From Vulcanimicrobiota bacterium (GTDB lineage Bacteria; Vulcanimicrobiota; Xenobia; Xenobiales; JADMJV01), in NCBI GenBank assembly GCA_050250895.1, contig JBFWNU010000006.1, forward strand, positions 1-55,412: DNA of 55,412 nt, given 5' to 3'. This document shows positions 9,524 through 18,638 of this stretch, one piece after another. The translations under genes were made by a program, and so were the position numbers. Every line of letters starts with the position of its first letter. Position 1 is the first letter of the stretch. Under the pieces are notes generated by a model. It saw only the letters and a list, made by a program, of their open reading frames with translations. It searched no databases and had not been told where the DNA came from.

Positions 9524-10668
9524 TTTTTGATCTAGCTTTCCGCAACGTCTTGCGAAATCGTGAGCGAAGCCTCTTGACCCTCATCGGAGTGCTGCTGGCG
9601 GTGGGGTCCTTCGTGGCTCTGGTCAGCCTGGCCGAAGGCTTCCATCGCCGGGTCGACAATGAACTCAACGCCCGTCGAGTCGACATCTACGTGGTGCCCC
9701 GGCGGGCCACCATCCTGCCGACCGGTCCCATCGGCACGGTCGGCTACACCAGCCACACCATCCACCGCGACTGGGCCGCGGCCCTGCAGCGGGACATGAC
9801 CGAAGTGGTCCGGGTGCAGGGTATTATTCGCCTGACCTGGGAGGGCAATCGTTCGTTGGTGCCGGTGATCGCCACCGACCTGTCGACCATCGCCGAGTTT
9901 TTGCCCGGCTTTACCGTTACCGAGGGCATGCTTCCCCTCGAGGCTGGCGAAGCCGCTGTGGGAGCGGGAGTGTCGCCAGCCGAGTTCGTCTCGGGCGAGC
10001 GGGTCATGCGTATCGAAGACATCGACTTCAAAGTCAGCGGCGTGGTCAGTGGGGGAGGCTTCCGCGACTTCTTCGCCTATGTCCCCATCGGAGCGCTGGT
10101 CGAGGCGCGGCCCGAGCGCGGCTATCATGAACTCTGGCTTCAGCTCAACGACCCCAACCTGGCCCGCGGCATAGCCGACGCCATCAATGCTAAGCCCATC
10201 CCCCAGGCGATTGCCCTCACCCGCGAGCAGTATCTGGGAGCGGCCAATGAATTTATCGGCTACGCCTGGTTGCTCCAGTTCGCCATCTCCATGATCGGTG
10301 TCCTGATCGCCATCACCGCTTCGATGAACACCATGCTGATGTCGACCTACGAACGCCTGCGGGAGTTTTCGACCATGCGGGCCATCGGGGCGCCGCGCTC
10401 GGTAGTGGCCTGGATGCTCGTAGTCGAGTCGGTCATTCTTAATCTGGCCGGAGGCGTGTTGGGCTTGCTCTTTGGCTCGATCGCCTCGGGCGTGCTCGAC
10501 AAGGCGGTGGGTCTGTTGCTGGAGGTGCCTTTTCCGCTGGCGAAAGTGACTCCCACGCTCCTGTTGGAGGGCTTGCTACTGTCGGTAGCAGTCGGTGTCG
10601 TCGGGGCCATCATACCGTGTTTCATCATTTGGCGGCTCGACCTGGTCCGAGCCCTGCGGTGGGACTGA
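9520..10668 (+). CDS. ABC transporter permease, MacB/FtsX family
   Basis: AFRNVLRNRERSLLT, NTMLMSTYER.REF..MRAIGA, 4-TM layout. Confidence 0.92.
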   Translation: MIFDLAFRNVLRNRERSLLTLIGVLLAVGSFVALVSLAEGFHRRVDNELNARRVDIYVVPRRATILPTGPIGTVGYTSHTIHRDWAAALQRDMTEVVRVQGIIRLTWEGNRSLVPVIATDLSTIAEFLPGFTVTEGMLPLEAGEAAVGAGVSPAEFVSGERVMRIEDIDFKVSGVVSGGGFRDFFAYVPIGALVEARPERGYHELWLQLNDPNLARGIADAINAKPIPQAIALTREQYLGAANEFIGYAWLLQFAISMIGVLIAITASMNTMLMSTYERLREFSTMRAIGAPRSVVAWMLVVESVILNLAGGVLGLLFGSIASGVLDKAVGLLLEVPFPLAKVTPTLLLEGLLLSVAVGVVGAIIPCFIIWRLDLVRALRWD

Positions 10669-11345
10669 TGAGAATCCGCCTCAAGGGGGTCCACAAGCAC
10701 TATCTGGCGGCCCCCACGCCTACCAAGGTGCTCGACGGGGTCGACCTCGACGTCGAGTCAGGCGGATTCATTTCGGTGATGGGGCCCTCGGGAATGGGCA
10801 AGACCACTTTGCTCAACCTCATCGGTTGCCTCGATTACCCGGCCTTCGGCGAGATTCTGCTCAAAGAGAAAGACGTCGCTAGCGCCAGCGAGGCGGTCCG
10901 GGAACAGATTCGCTTGCATCACATCGGCTTCGTCTTTCAGAATTACAATCTCTTGCCCACCCTGACCGTGCTCGAGAACGTCACCTTGCCGATGCAACTG
11001 GCTCGCCTGCCGCGAGCCGAGCGTCTGCAACGTGGGGGCGCTCTACTGCGATTGGTCAATCTCGATAACCGGGCGGCTCAACCGGTGTCCACCCTCAGCG
11101 GTGGTCAGAAACAACGAGTCGCTATCGCTCGGGCCCTGGCCAACCTGCCCGAATTGCTGTTGGCTGACGAGCCCACCGGCAATCTCGACGGCAAGGCTAG
11201 CAAAGAAGTCATGGACGTTCTCAAGTCGATCAACGAGAGCCAGAACATCACCACCATTCTGGTCACCCACGACCCCATGGTCGCCTCCTACGCTCGCGAT
11301 GTCTACTACCTCGAGGGCGGTTTGCTGCGCCACTCGGCCCTCTGA
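10668..11345 (+). CDS. ABC transporter ATP-binding protein (LolD/MacB type)
   Basis: GPSGMGKTT, LSGGQKQRVAIARAL, LADEPTGNLD; ATG overlaps the permease stop (TGATG). Confidence 0.95.
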   Translation: MRIRLKGVHKHYLAAPTPTKVLDGVDLDVESGGFISVMGPSGMGKTTLLNLIGCLDYPAFGEILLKEKDVASASEAVREQIRLHHIGFVFQNYNLLPTLTVLENVTLPMQLARLPRAERLQRGGALLRLVNLDNRAAQPVSTLSGGQKQRVAIARALANLPELLLADEPTGNLDGKASKEVMDVLKSINESQNITTILVTHDPMVASYARDVYYLEGGLLRHSAL

Positions 11346-11421
11346 CGGGAGTGCGTTGTTGGCAGGGGGAAGGCCACCTGCGGAGAACTGCAAGGGCACT
11401 CGGAATTCGGGAAGGTCGCAA

Positions 11422-12039
11422 GTGCTAGTCTGCTTTCACTGCGGGGCGGCTAACAGCCCAGGCAAAACACACTGCCATAGTTGCGCCAGTGCCCTACCGC
11501 AGTCGGCCTCCGATGACGCCGATGAAGGGGGTGGTGGCCGTGTCCCCATGGTGGTCTGCATCCATTGTGGTCAGCAGAACATCCCTGGCTCGGCCGAGTG
11601 CAACAACTGCGGCGCCCTCATTCCCCAGATGGATCGCTCCACCTATTTTCGCACTCACGACACCATCACCGAGCGCTACGACGAGTTTCGCGTCGCTGCC
11701 GAAAAGGCCCGGGCTGGGGAGTGGAGTCCCCAAGAGCTCAAGCAGTGGCTCGAAAACATGGAGACCATGCTGGCCAAGCGCCGCGATTATCTGATCAACG
11801 TCATCAAAGGCGCGGATTATTATGAGTATCGCAGTGAGGAAGTCGAGTTGGGCGTCACCGGTGTCTTCGACTATGAAGAAGGCATGAACATGATGAGCAG
11901 CTTCATCGAAGACGGCAATCCGATGCATCTTGATGTGGGTCTCGAGAAGATCTGGGAAGGCAACGAGAAGATTAACGAGGCCATGAGGATGAATCGCGAG
12001 TTTCGGCGAAAACTCGAAGAAGAATGGGGTTACATGTAG
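11422..12039 (+). CDS. Zinc-ribbon domain protein (two CxxC-x10-CxxC ribbons plus a helical domain)
   Basis: CFHC...CHSC and CIHC...CNNC. Start is either GTG 11422 or ATG 11548. Confidence 0.75.
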   Translation: MLVCFHCGAANSPGKTHCHSCASALPQSASDDADEGGGGRVPMVVCIHCGQQNIPGSAECNNCGALIPQMDRSTYFRTHDTITERYDEFRVAAEKARAGEWSPQELKQWLENMETMLAKRRDYLINVIKGADYYEYRSEEVELGVTGVFDYEEGMNMMSSFIEDGNPMHLDVGLEKIWEGNEKINEAMRMNREFRRKLEEEWGYM

Positions 12040-13151
12040 CCAGACTGGCTCGCACTCTGGCCGTTGTCGGCCTGGTGGCGATGGTCTACGCCGGGCTGGG
12101 CGCGCTCGGCGCGCTGTGGCTCGGATTTGATCCCCGGCAGGGCGGACTGGCCGGGGCTTTGTTTTTCCTGGTCAGCCTGCCCCTGGGCAACCTCTACTTC
12201 TGGCTCTTCGCCGGGCGACTGGCTCCCGAGGGCCATCCGCTGGCGCTCGGACCGGGACCACTGACGGTTTCTGGAAGGCTATCCGCGTCGGCCCATCTCG
12301 AGCGGCGGGGCGGCCTCTACGGTCTGGTTCGGACCGGCCTGATTCTCTGGCCCTTCGGTTGCCATCGCCTGGCCCAGACCATCGGCCAACTGCTATCCAA
12401 TCGTCCCTTTGGGCCGGCTGACCTGCTGGTGCTCTTTCTCCAGGGGGTAGCCCGGTTTGGTCTTGAGCCGGTGCGCTGGCTCGACCGCCCCGACGACTTT
12501 GGCGACCTCGACGAACTGGTCCGGGCGGTAGGGCCCGTGACCCCCTTTGACGCCTGGCTGGGACCCCTCTTTCCGGCCCGGGTCGAGCGCTGGAAGGCCC
12601 TGGCCCGGCTGCGGGGATGGAACGGAAACCAGCCGTTCGCGGCCTTTGTGCAAGCCGACCCGGAGTTGTCTGCCCAGCTGGCGCGGGAACCGGCCGCCGG
12701 CCTGGACCTGGCGACCCTGGTGGGAGGCGCCCTGGGTTGTCTGTTTTGGCTTGGCCCCGAGCCCTTTCTGGTGGGGCCTTTGCTGGGAGCGTGCCTGGCT
12801 CGTCTGGGCGGGCTGTGTTATCGCCTGTGGCCCGGCCGTGCCAAGCAAGGGCTGGCCGCCCTGGCTCTCTGGCATTCGTGGCTGGGTTGGTGTTCGATCA
12901 GCCTCACAGGCCGAGCGCAGGGCCTGGCCTTGAACACCGAGAACGGGCGTATAACATTGGATCAAGAACTGGAGGGCGAGGTCGAGGTGAGTGGTTGGTA
13001 TGACCCCGAGACAGCCCGTCTGGTGGTCAGCCGATGGAGCACGCAGGACCGCAAGTGGCGCGGCCTGGTCGGTTTGCGACTGGTAATGCCCACGCTCGCC
13101 AGCACCGCCTTCTTCGCTCTCTGGGGAGCCCTGCAGTGGCTGAAGATTTAG
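12024..13151 (+). CDS. Hypothetical membrane protein
   Basis: Long ORF with several hydrophobic segments, overlapping both neighbours. Confidence 0.65.
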   Translation: MGLHVARLARTLAVVGLVAMVYAGLGALGALWLGFDPRQGGLAGALFFLVSLPLGNLYFWLFAGRLAPEGHPLALGPGPLTVSGRLSASAHLERRGGLYGLVRTGLILWPFGCHRLAQTIGQLLSNRPFGPADLLVLFLQGVARFGLEPVRWLDRPDDFGDLDELVRAVGPVTPFDAWLGPLFPARVERWKALARLRGWNGNQPFAAFVQADPELSAQLAREPAAGLDLATLVGGALGCLFWLGPEPFLVGPLLGACLARLGGLCYRLWPGRAKQGLAALALWHSWLGWCSISLTGRAQGLALNTENGRITLDQELEGEVEVSGWYDPETARLVVSRWSTQDRKWRGLVGLRLVMPTLASTAFFALWGALQWLKI

Positions 13152-13921
13152 CTCCAGCCATCGAGGTCGAGAATCTCTGCCGGAGCTTCGGGGCGCGCCC
13201 AGCCCTGGCCGGGGTCGGTTTTCAGGTGCGCAAAGGCGAGCTTTTTGGCTATCTCGGGCCCAATGGCGCCGGCAAGTCCACCACTCTCAAGATTCTGCTG
13301 GGGCTCTTGAGGGCCGACAGCGGCCGGATCCGGGTGCTGGGTCTGGATCCGGTAGCGAGCCCCCTCGAGGTGCGCCGGCGGGTGGGCGTTCTGTTCGAGG
13401 ATTGCGGTCACTACTCGCGGCTGTCGGTGCGGGCCAACCTGACTTTCTTCGCTCGTCTCTATGGCCAGGAACTCGGTCGCGTCGAGGCGGTGCTCGAGGC
13501 GGTGGGGTTGGCGGACCGCCTCGATGAGCGAGCCGGGGCACTGTCGAAGGGAATGCGCCAGCGCCTTGGTCTGGCCCGCAGCTTGCTGGGACAGCCCGAG
13601 ATTCTCTTTCTCGATGAGCCCACGGCCGGGCTCGACCCGATCTCGGCCCGGTCGGTGCGCGAGTTGGTGGCTCGCTTCGCGGCCGATGGCGGAACCGTAT
13701 TCTTGACGACCCACCTGATGGAAGAGGCCCGGGAACTCTGCGGTCGCGTCGCCTTTCTCAAGGCTGGACAGCTGGTCGCGGTCGGTGCTCCGAGCCAATT
13801 GATCGCCGAGAATCTGCCTGAGGGCGGAAGTCTCGAGGACCTGTTTGTCCGTCTGGCGGGAAGGACTAGCTCACAAACCGTCGAAGCTCCGGCATCGGAA
13901 ACCGTTCCACACTCATCTTGA
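13136..13921 (+). CDS. ABC transporter ATP-binding protein (ABC-2 exporter type)
   Basis: GPNGAGKST, LSKGMRQR, LDEPTAGLD, LTTH; in-frame GTG at 13136. Confidence 0.93.
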   Translation: MAEDLAPAIEVENLCRSFGARPALAGVGFQVRKGELFGYLGPNGAGKSTTLKILLGLLRADSGRIRVLGLDPVASPLEVRRRVGVLFEDCGHYSRLSVRANLTFFARLYGQELGRVEAVLEAVGLADRLDERAGALSKGMRQRLGLARSLLGQPEILFLDEPTAGLDPISARSVRELVARFAADGGTVFLTTHLMEEARELCGRVAFLKAGQLVAVGAPSQLIAENLPEGGSLEDLFVRLAGRTSSQTVEAPASETVPHSS

Positions 13922-13941
13922 CCGCTTAGAAACTCACCATT

Positions 13942-14535
13942 GTGACAGTCCTTCGCCGAATTTTACTTGCCATCGTCGCGCTAGCCTTTCTGGCTGACTC
14001 CCTTGCCTGGGGACTAGTCAAGCTCAGCAGCGACTCTGAGGGTCCAGACACCATGTCCAAGACCGACGTGGTGGCCTGGGTCGACAATGCCGGCAAGGCC
14101 AAAGTGGTAGCCTCGGCTATCGAAGAGGCCGGCATCAAGGCGGTCCAGGTCAAGGCGGGCAAACGCGAAACACAAAAGCCGGCCGGCTATCGGCTGGTGT
14201 TGCACGTTTCGCGCAAGGACATCGCTGCACCCATCGCCGAGACCCTCAAGAGTCGCGGCCACCAGCAGGTGAAGATCGTCGAAGGCGACGAGGGCACCGA
14301 GCTTCAGTTGGGTGGCACCTACAATAGCAAAGCCCAGGCCAAGGCTCTGGCCGATCGGGTCGAGCGGCAAGAATCGTTCAAGTTTGAAGTCGTGGCCGGG
14401 ACCAAAACGGTCCAGATCGACTCCAACAAGCTCATTGTCAAGGGTCTTGACAAAGAGCAGGCAAAAAAAGTGGTCGACATCCTCGTCGAAAACAAAATCG
14501 AGCTCTTCGAGAAAGTCGACTCAAAGACGGAGTAG
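13942..14535 (+). CDS. Exported protein, possible SPOR-like domain
   Basis: Signal peptide; LQLGGTYNSKAQAKALADRV resembles the SPOR beta-alpha motif. Confidence 0.65.
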   Translation: MTVLRRILLAIVALAFLADSLAWGLVKLSSDSEGPDTMSKTDVVAWVDNAGKAKVVASAIEEAGIKAVQVKAGKRETQKPAGYRLVLHVSRKDIAAPIAETLKSRGHQQVKIVEGDEGTELQLGGTYNSKAQAKALADRVERQESFKFEVVAGTKTVQIDSNKLIVKGLDKEQAKKVVDILVENKIELFEKVDSKTE

Positions 14536-14555
14536 CTTTCCCCAATCCAAGGATC

Positions 14556-15587
14556 TTGTCTAACCTGGGAGCCATTGCGGCCATTCTAGCCAAGGACCTC
14601 GAGGACGCTGTCCGCAGCTACACCCTGGTGCTGGTGTTAGTCGGACCTGTGATTCTCTCGGTGTTCTTCACTCGCTCCTTTTCAGACAAGGACTTGCGGC
14701 GACCAGAAATGGCCCTGTTCGACCCCGGCCGAAGCGGTTTGGCCAGAGTTCTCAGGGCGTCGGATCTGGTCCGGTTGAGGGAAGTGTCCTCGCCAGAGAG
14801 TGGTCGCCAACTCGTCGAGAATGGCGAGCTAGCGGCCTTTCTCGTCATCTCTGAGGGCTTCGACGAAAAACTTCTGGCCGACCAATTTCCCCGCCTGGAA
14901 CTCACTGTCGACGAGACGGCTTCGGGGAAAGTCGCTCTCGTTCGCGAAGCGGTGCGAGCCGCTTTGAGAGAGCAGGCCGGCCAGGAGATCCCCGCCGATA
15001 TTCGCGTGGAAAGGATAGGTAAGAGCCAGAAGCCGGCTGCCAGCCTGCTTCCCCTGTGGGTCGTATTCACGGCTCTCTCGGGGTTGATGGTCAGTTCTTC
15101 GAGTTTTATCGAAGAAAAAGACAGCGGAACCCTGGCTCAGGTCTTGACAGCGCCTGTGAGCATGGTAGAAGTGATAGTAGGCAAAGTAGGGGTGGGCTTC
15201 ATCTTAGCTACCCTCGCTGCCGTGCTCGTCCTGGTCTTCAATGGGATCACCCCAGATGTTCGACTCTTAGGACTAACCGCGGTCGGTTGTCTCGCCTTCT
15301 CGAGTCTCGGCGTTCTCATCGGGCTCGGAGCGGCCAGTCAGTCCGCGGCCAACGCGGCCACTTCGGCAATATTCATGGTCTTGTTCATCCCGGTGGCGCT
15401 GGCTGACTACAGCCAGACCATGGGGAAACTGGCGATTCTCTCACCCGCCTTCTACCTCCAACGGGGGGTTGGAGCAGGGCTGGGCGGACACGCCGCATTC
15501 TGGATGCAGGACATGTTGGCTTTGTCGGCCACATTCCTGGGTATTTGCCTGGTCGGAGCTCTCAGGCTCCGACGAGGTGTTTGTTAG
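14556..15587 (+). CDS. ABC-2 type transporter permease
   Basis: FIEEKDSGTL..VLTAP....VIVGK motif, extracytoplasmic loop and several TM segments. Confidence 0.9.
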   Translation: MSNLGAIAAILAKDLEDAVRSYTLVLVLVGPVILSVFFTRSFSDKDLRRPEMALFDPGRSGLARVLRASDLVRLREVSSPESGRQLVENGELAAFLVISEGFDEKLLADQFPRLELTVDETASGKVALVREAVRAALREQAGQEIPADIRVERIGKSQKPAASLLPLWVVFTALSGLMVSSSSFIEEKDSGTLAQVLTAPVSMVEVIVGKVGVGFILATLAAVLVLVFNGITPDVRLLGLTAVGCLAFSSLGVLIGLGAASQSAANAATSAIFMVLFIPVALADYSQTMGKLAILSPAFYLQRGVGAGLGGHAAFWMQDMLALSATFLGICLVGALRLRRGVC

Positions 15588-15623
15588 CTCCGTCCTCGGC
15601 GGAGACAAAAAAAGGAGAAGTAT

Positions 15624-17315
15624 ATGGCAAACCTCACCGCTTCCGGTCTTCGCAACCGGAGTCGAGTCGAGCTCATGGAGCTCGCCAAGGACATGGGTCT
15701 CAAAGGCCTGCAGAAGCTGCGCAAGGACGATATGATCGCCAAGATTCTTGAGGAGCAGAACGGAGCGCCCGCCGCTGAGCCGTCCGAGCCGGCGGAGGAA
15801 GAAGAGCCCCAGACCGAGCCTGAGGCCGAGCCGGAAGAAGAGGATGCCGGTGAACCGAGCCGCAGTCGCTCGCGCCGCCGCAGCCGCGGCCGTGGACTTG
15901 ACCGTGATCGCGACGAGCGCGACGAGCGCGAGGAGCGCGACGAGCGCGAGGAGAGCGAGGACGACGAGCCGGTGGCGGAAGCCGAGGCCGAGGATGAAGA
16001 CGACGAAGAGGAGGAAGCTCAAGAGCGCTCCCGTTCCCGTCGCCGCTCCCGCCGCCGAGGTCGTGATCGTGACCGCGACCGCGACCGCGACGACCAGAAA
16101 GAGACTCACGACGACCGCGATCAGGACGACGATGAGGGCGACGACGAGCAAGACTCCGAGCCTGAGCGCGCCCCGCGCGAGAAGCTGGGCCTGCTTTATG
16201 CCAGCGGAGTCCTCGAGATTCTGCCCGAAGGCTACGGCTTCTTGCGCGGACGCAGCTACCTTCCCAGTCCCTCAGACATCTACGTGTCGATGTCACAGGT
16301 GCGCCGTTTCGGCCTGCGTATGGGTGACATGGTACTGGGCCAGGTGCGTCCTCCCAAGAGCGGCGAGAAGTACTACGGGTTGCTCAAAGTGGCTTCGGTC
16401 AACGGAACCGATCCCGAGGCCGCCCGCCGCCGTCCTCACTTCGAGCAGTTGACGCCCATCTTCCCCAACGAGCGCTACACTCTCGAGCACGCCGAAACCA
16501 ACGATTTCTCACGGCGTATCATCGACCTGTTCGCGCCCATCGGCAAAGGGCAGCGCGGCCTGCTGGTGGCGCCCCCCAAGGCCGGTAAGACGATTCTCCT
16601 CAAGAAGATCGCCAACGGCATCGCCGAGAACTATCCCGAGGTGACCCTCATGGCCCTGCTCGTCGACGAGCGGCCCGAAGAGGTGACCGACATGGAGCGT
16701 TCCATCCACGGCGAAGTCATCGCCTCGACCTTCGACGAGCCCCCCGAGCAGCACGCTCACGTCAGCGAACTGGTGCTGGCCAAAGCCATGCGCATGGTCG
16801 AGATGGGCAAAGATGTGGTCATCCTGCTCGACTCGCTCACCCGCATGGGTCGCGCCTACAATAACATCACACCGCCCTCGGGCCGCACCCTGTCGGGTGG
16901 TCTTGATACGGCCGCCCTGCGTATTCCCAAACGCTTCTTCGGAGCCGCTCGCAACATCGAGAACGGCGGGAGCCTCACCATCATCGCTACCGCTCTCATC
17001 GAGACGGGCTCGAAGATGGACGAGGTCATCTTCGAGGAGTTCAAGGGAACTGGCAACATGGAACTTGACCTCTCGCGTCGCCTGGCCGAAAAGCGCGTCT
17101 TCCCGGCCATGGACCTCAAGAAGTCGGGCACTCGCCACGAAGAGCTTTTGCTCACCGAAGAAGAGCTGCAGAAGATCGTGCTCATGCGGCGCGCGCTCAC
17201 TCTGTTGGGCGAGGGTCAAGATCCCACCGAGGCCGTGCTCGAGCGGATGCGGCGTACCACGAGCAACGCTCAGTTCTTGATGACTCTCGGCAAAGAAACG
17301 ACCCACGCCCGTTAG
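15624..17315 (+). CDS. rho: Transcription termination factor Rho with a low-complexity N-terminal insertion
   Basis: [54 protein letters not shown]; AAGGAG RBS. Confidence 0.98.
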   Translation: MANLTASGLRNRSRVELMELAKDMGLKGLQKLRKDDMIAKILEEQNGAPAAEPSEPAEEEEPQTEPEAEPEEEDAGEPSRSRSRRRSRGRGLDRDRDERDEREERDEREESEDDEPVAEAEAEDEDDEEEEAQERSRSRRRSRRRGRDRDRDRDRDDQKETHDDRDQDDDEGDDEQDSEPERAPREKLGLLYASGVLEILPEGYGFLRGRSYLPSPSDIYVSMSQVRRFGLRMGDMVLGQVRPPKSGEKYYGLLKVASVNGTDPEAARRRPHFEQLTPIFPNERYTLEHAETNDFSRRIIDLFAPIGKGQRGLLVAPPKAGKTILLKKIANGIAENYPEVTLMALLVDERPEEVTDMERSIHGEVIASTFDEPPEQHAHVSELVLAKAMRMVEMGKDVVILLDSLTRMGRAYNNITPPSGRTLSGGLDTAALRIPKRFFGAARNIENGGSLTIIATALIETGSKMDEVIFEEFKGTGNMELDLSRRLAEKRVFPAMDLKKSGTRHEELLLTEEELQKIVLMRRALTLLGEGQDPTEAVLERMRRTTSNAQFLMTLGKETTHAR

Positions 17316-18638
17316 ATGGCACGCCGCCGACCCTGGGTGGTGGTGGCTGCCGACGACACGGGAGCCTACTGGGACGAGCCGGACTTCGGTGCTCTGGGTC
17401 GGACCGGTGATGAGTTTCGCGAGCCTCGGCCCGACGAACTCACCGAACTACCCCCGGGGGCCCGGGTCCAGTTCTTGCCCGATCGGATCGCCCTGGGTCA
17501 GCCCAAGAAACGGAAGGAAGTTGAACGCCTCAAAGGCCGGCTGGCCGTGGCTGTTCAGCTTCCTTCCGGCTTTACTCGCACTCTCTTGCCGGCCTATCGA
17601 GCCCGCGGCCAGGCCGATTACCTTCCGTTCTTCGGCTATACGGCGGTGGTGGCCCGAGGCGACAAACTGTATTGCGCGGCTGTTCAGACCGACACCAACC
17701 CCCACTGGGTGCCGTCGCACTACGGCGGAGACGAACTGCCGGCCCGCATCGAACAGCTGCAGCAGCAGTATCCTGAGAACCGGGTGCTCAAGCAGCTCGA
17801 GCGGTGCGCCCTGGAGTACGGTTGCTACAACGCCCAGAACGTCTTCTTCAATCGCTGGGAAGGGGCCGTGGCCGTCTCTCCTTCGTGTAACGCCCAGTGT
17901 CGAGGTTGCATCTCGTTGCAGCCTGAAGAATTCCCTCCCTCGCCTCAGGAACGCTTTCACTTCGTGCCCACGGTCGACGAAATCGTCGAAGTCGGCCTGC
18001 ACCACCTTAAAGGCCCGGAGTCGATCTATTCCTTCGGCCAGGGTTGTGAGGGCGAGCCACTGCTTCAGGGCGAGCGCATCGCCGAGTCGATTCGCCGCCT
18101 CCGGGCCGAGACCGATCTCGGCAGTCTGCACATCAACACCAACGCCTCTTTACCAGACCAGGTGCGGCGAGTGGTCGAAGCCGGTATCGACTCGATGCGG
18201 GTCTCGCTCAACAGCGTGGTGGCCGAGCGCTACGAGGCCTATTATCAGCCCAAGCGTTACCGCTATCAACAGTTGCTCGAGTCGATTCGCATCGCGCGCT
18301 CGAATGGCGTCTACGTCTCTTTGAACTTGCTGATGATGCCCGGCTGGAACGATGCTCCGGAAGAGGTCGAAGCCTTGCTCGAGATGCTCGAGGTCGAAGA
18401 CGTCAACATGATCCAGTTGCGTACCCTCAACATCGATCCCGACCTCTACACCCGCTTCGTTCCGCCGCCCGAGGGACCGGCTCTGGGGGTGGCTAGACTT
18501 CTCGAGATTCTGCGGGAAGAACGTCCCAGGGTGTTCTTGGGAAATCACAGTCCAGCCGTCCGCCGAGGGCAGGTTCCGTCTCACGTATCAAGAACGAGTC
18601 AAGCCAGAACCGACCCGGAGGAGCACAACTTTGGTTAA
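17316..18638 (+). CDS. Radical SAM protein
   Basis: CNAQCRGC (CxxxCxxC), SFGQGCEGEP, INTNAS, RVSLNS. Confidence 0.92.
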   Translation: MARRRPWVVVAADDTGAYWDEPDFGALGRTGDEFREPRPDELTELPPGARVQFLPDRIALGQPKKRKEVERLKGRLAVAVQLPSGFTRTLLPAYRARGQADYLPFFGYTAVVARGDKLYCAAVQTDTNPHWVPSHYGGDELPARIEQLQQQYPENRVLKQLERCALEYGCYNAQNVFFNRWEGAVAVSPSCNAQCRGCISLQPEEFPPSPQERFHFVPTVDEIVEVGLHHLKGPESIYSFGQGCEGEPLLQGERIAESIRRLRAETDLGSLHINTNASLPDQVRRVVEAGIDSMRVSLNSVVAERYEAYYQPKRYRYQQLLESIRIARSNGVYVSLNLLMMPGWNDAPEEVEALLEMLEVEDVNMIQLRTLNIDPDLYTRFVPPPEGPALGVARLLEILREERPRVFLGNHSPAVRRGQVPSHVSRTSQARTDPEEHNFG

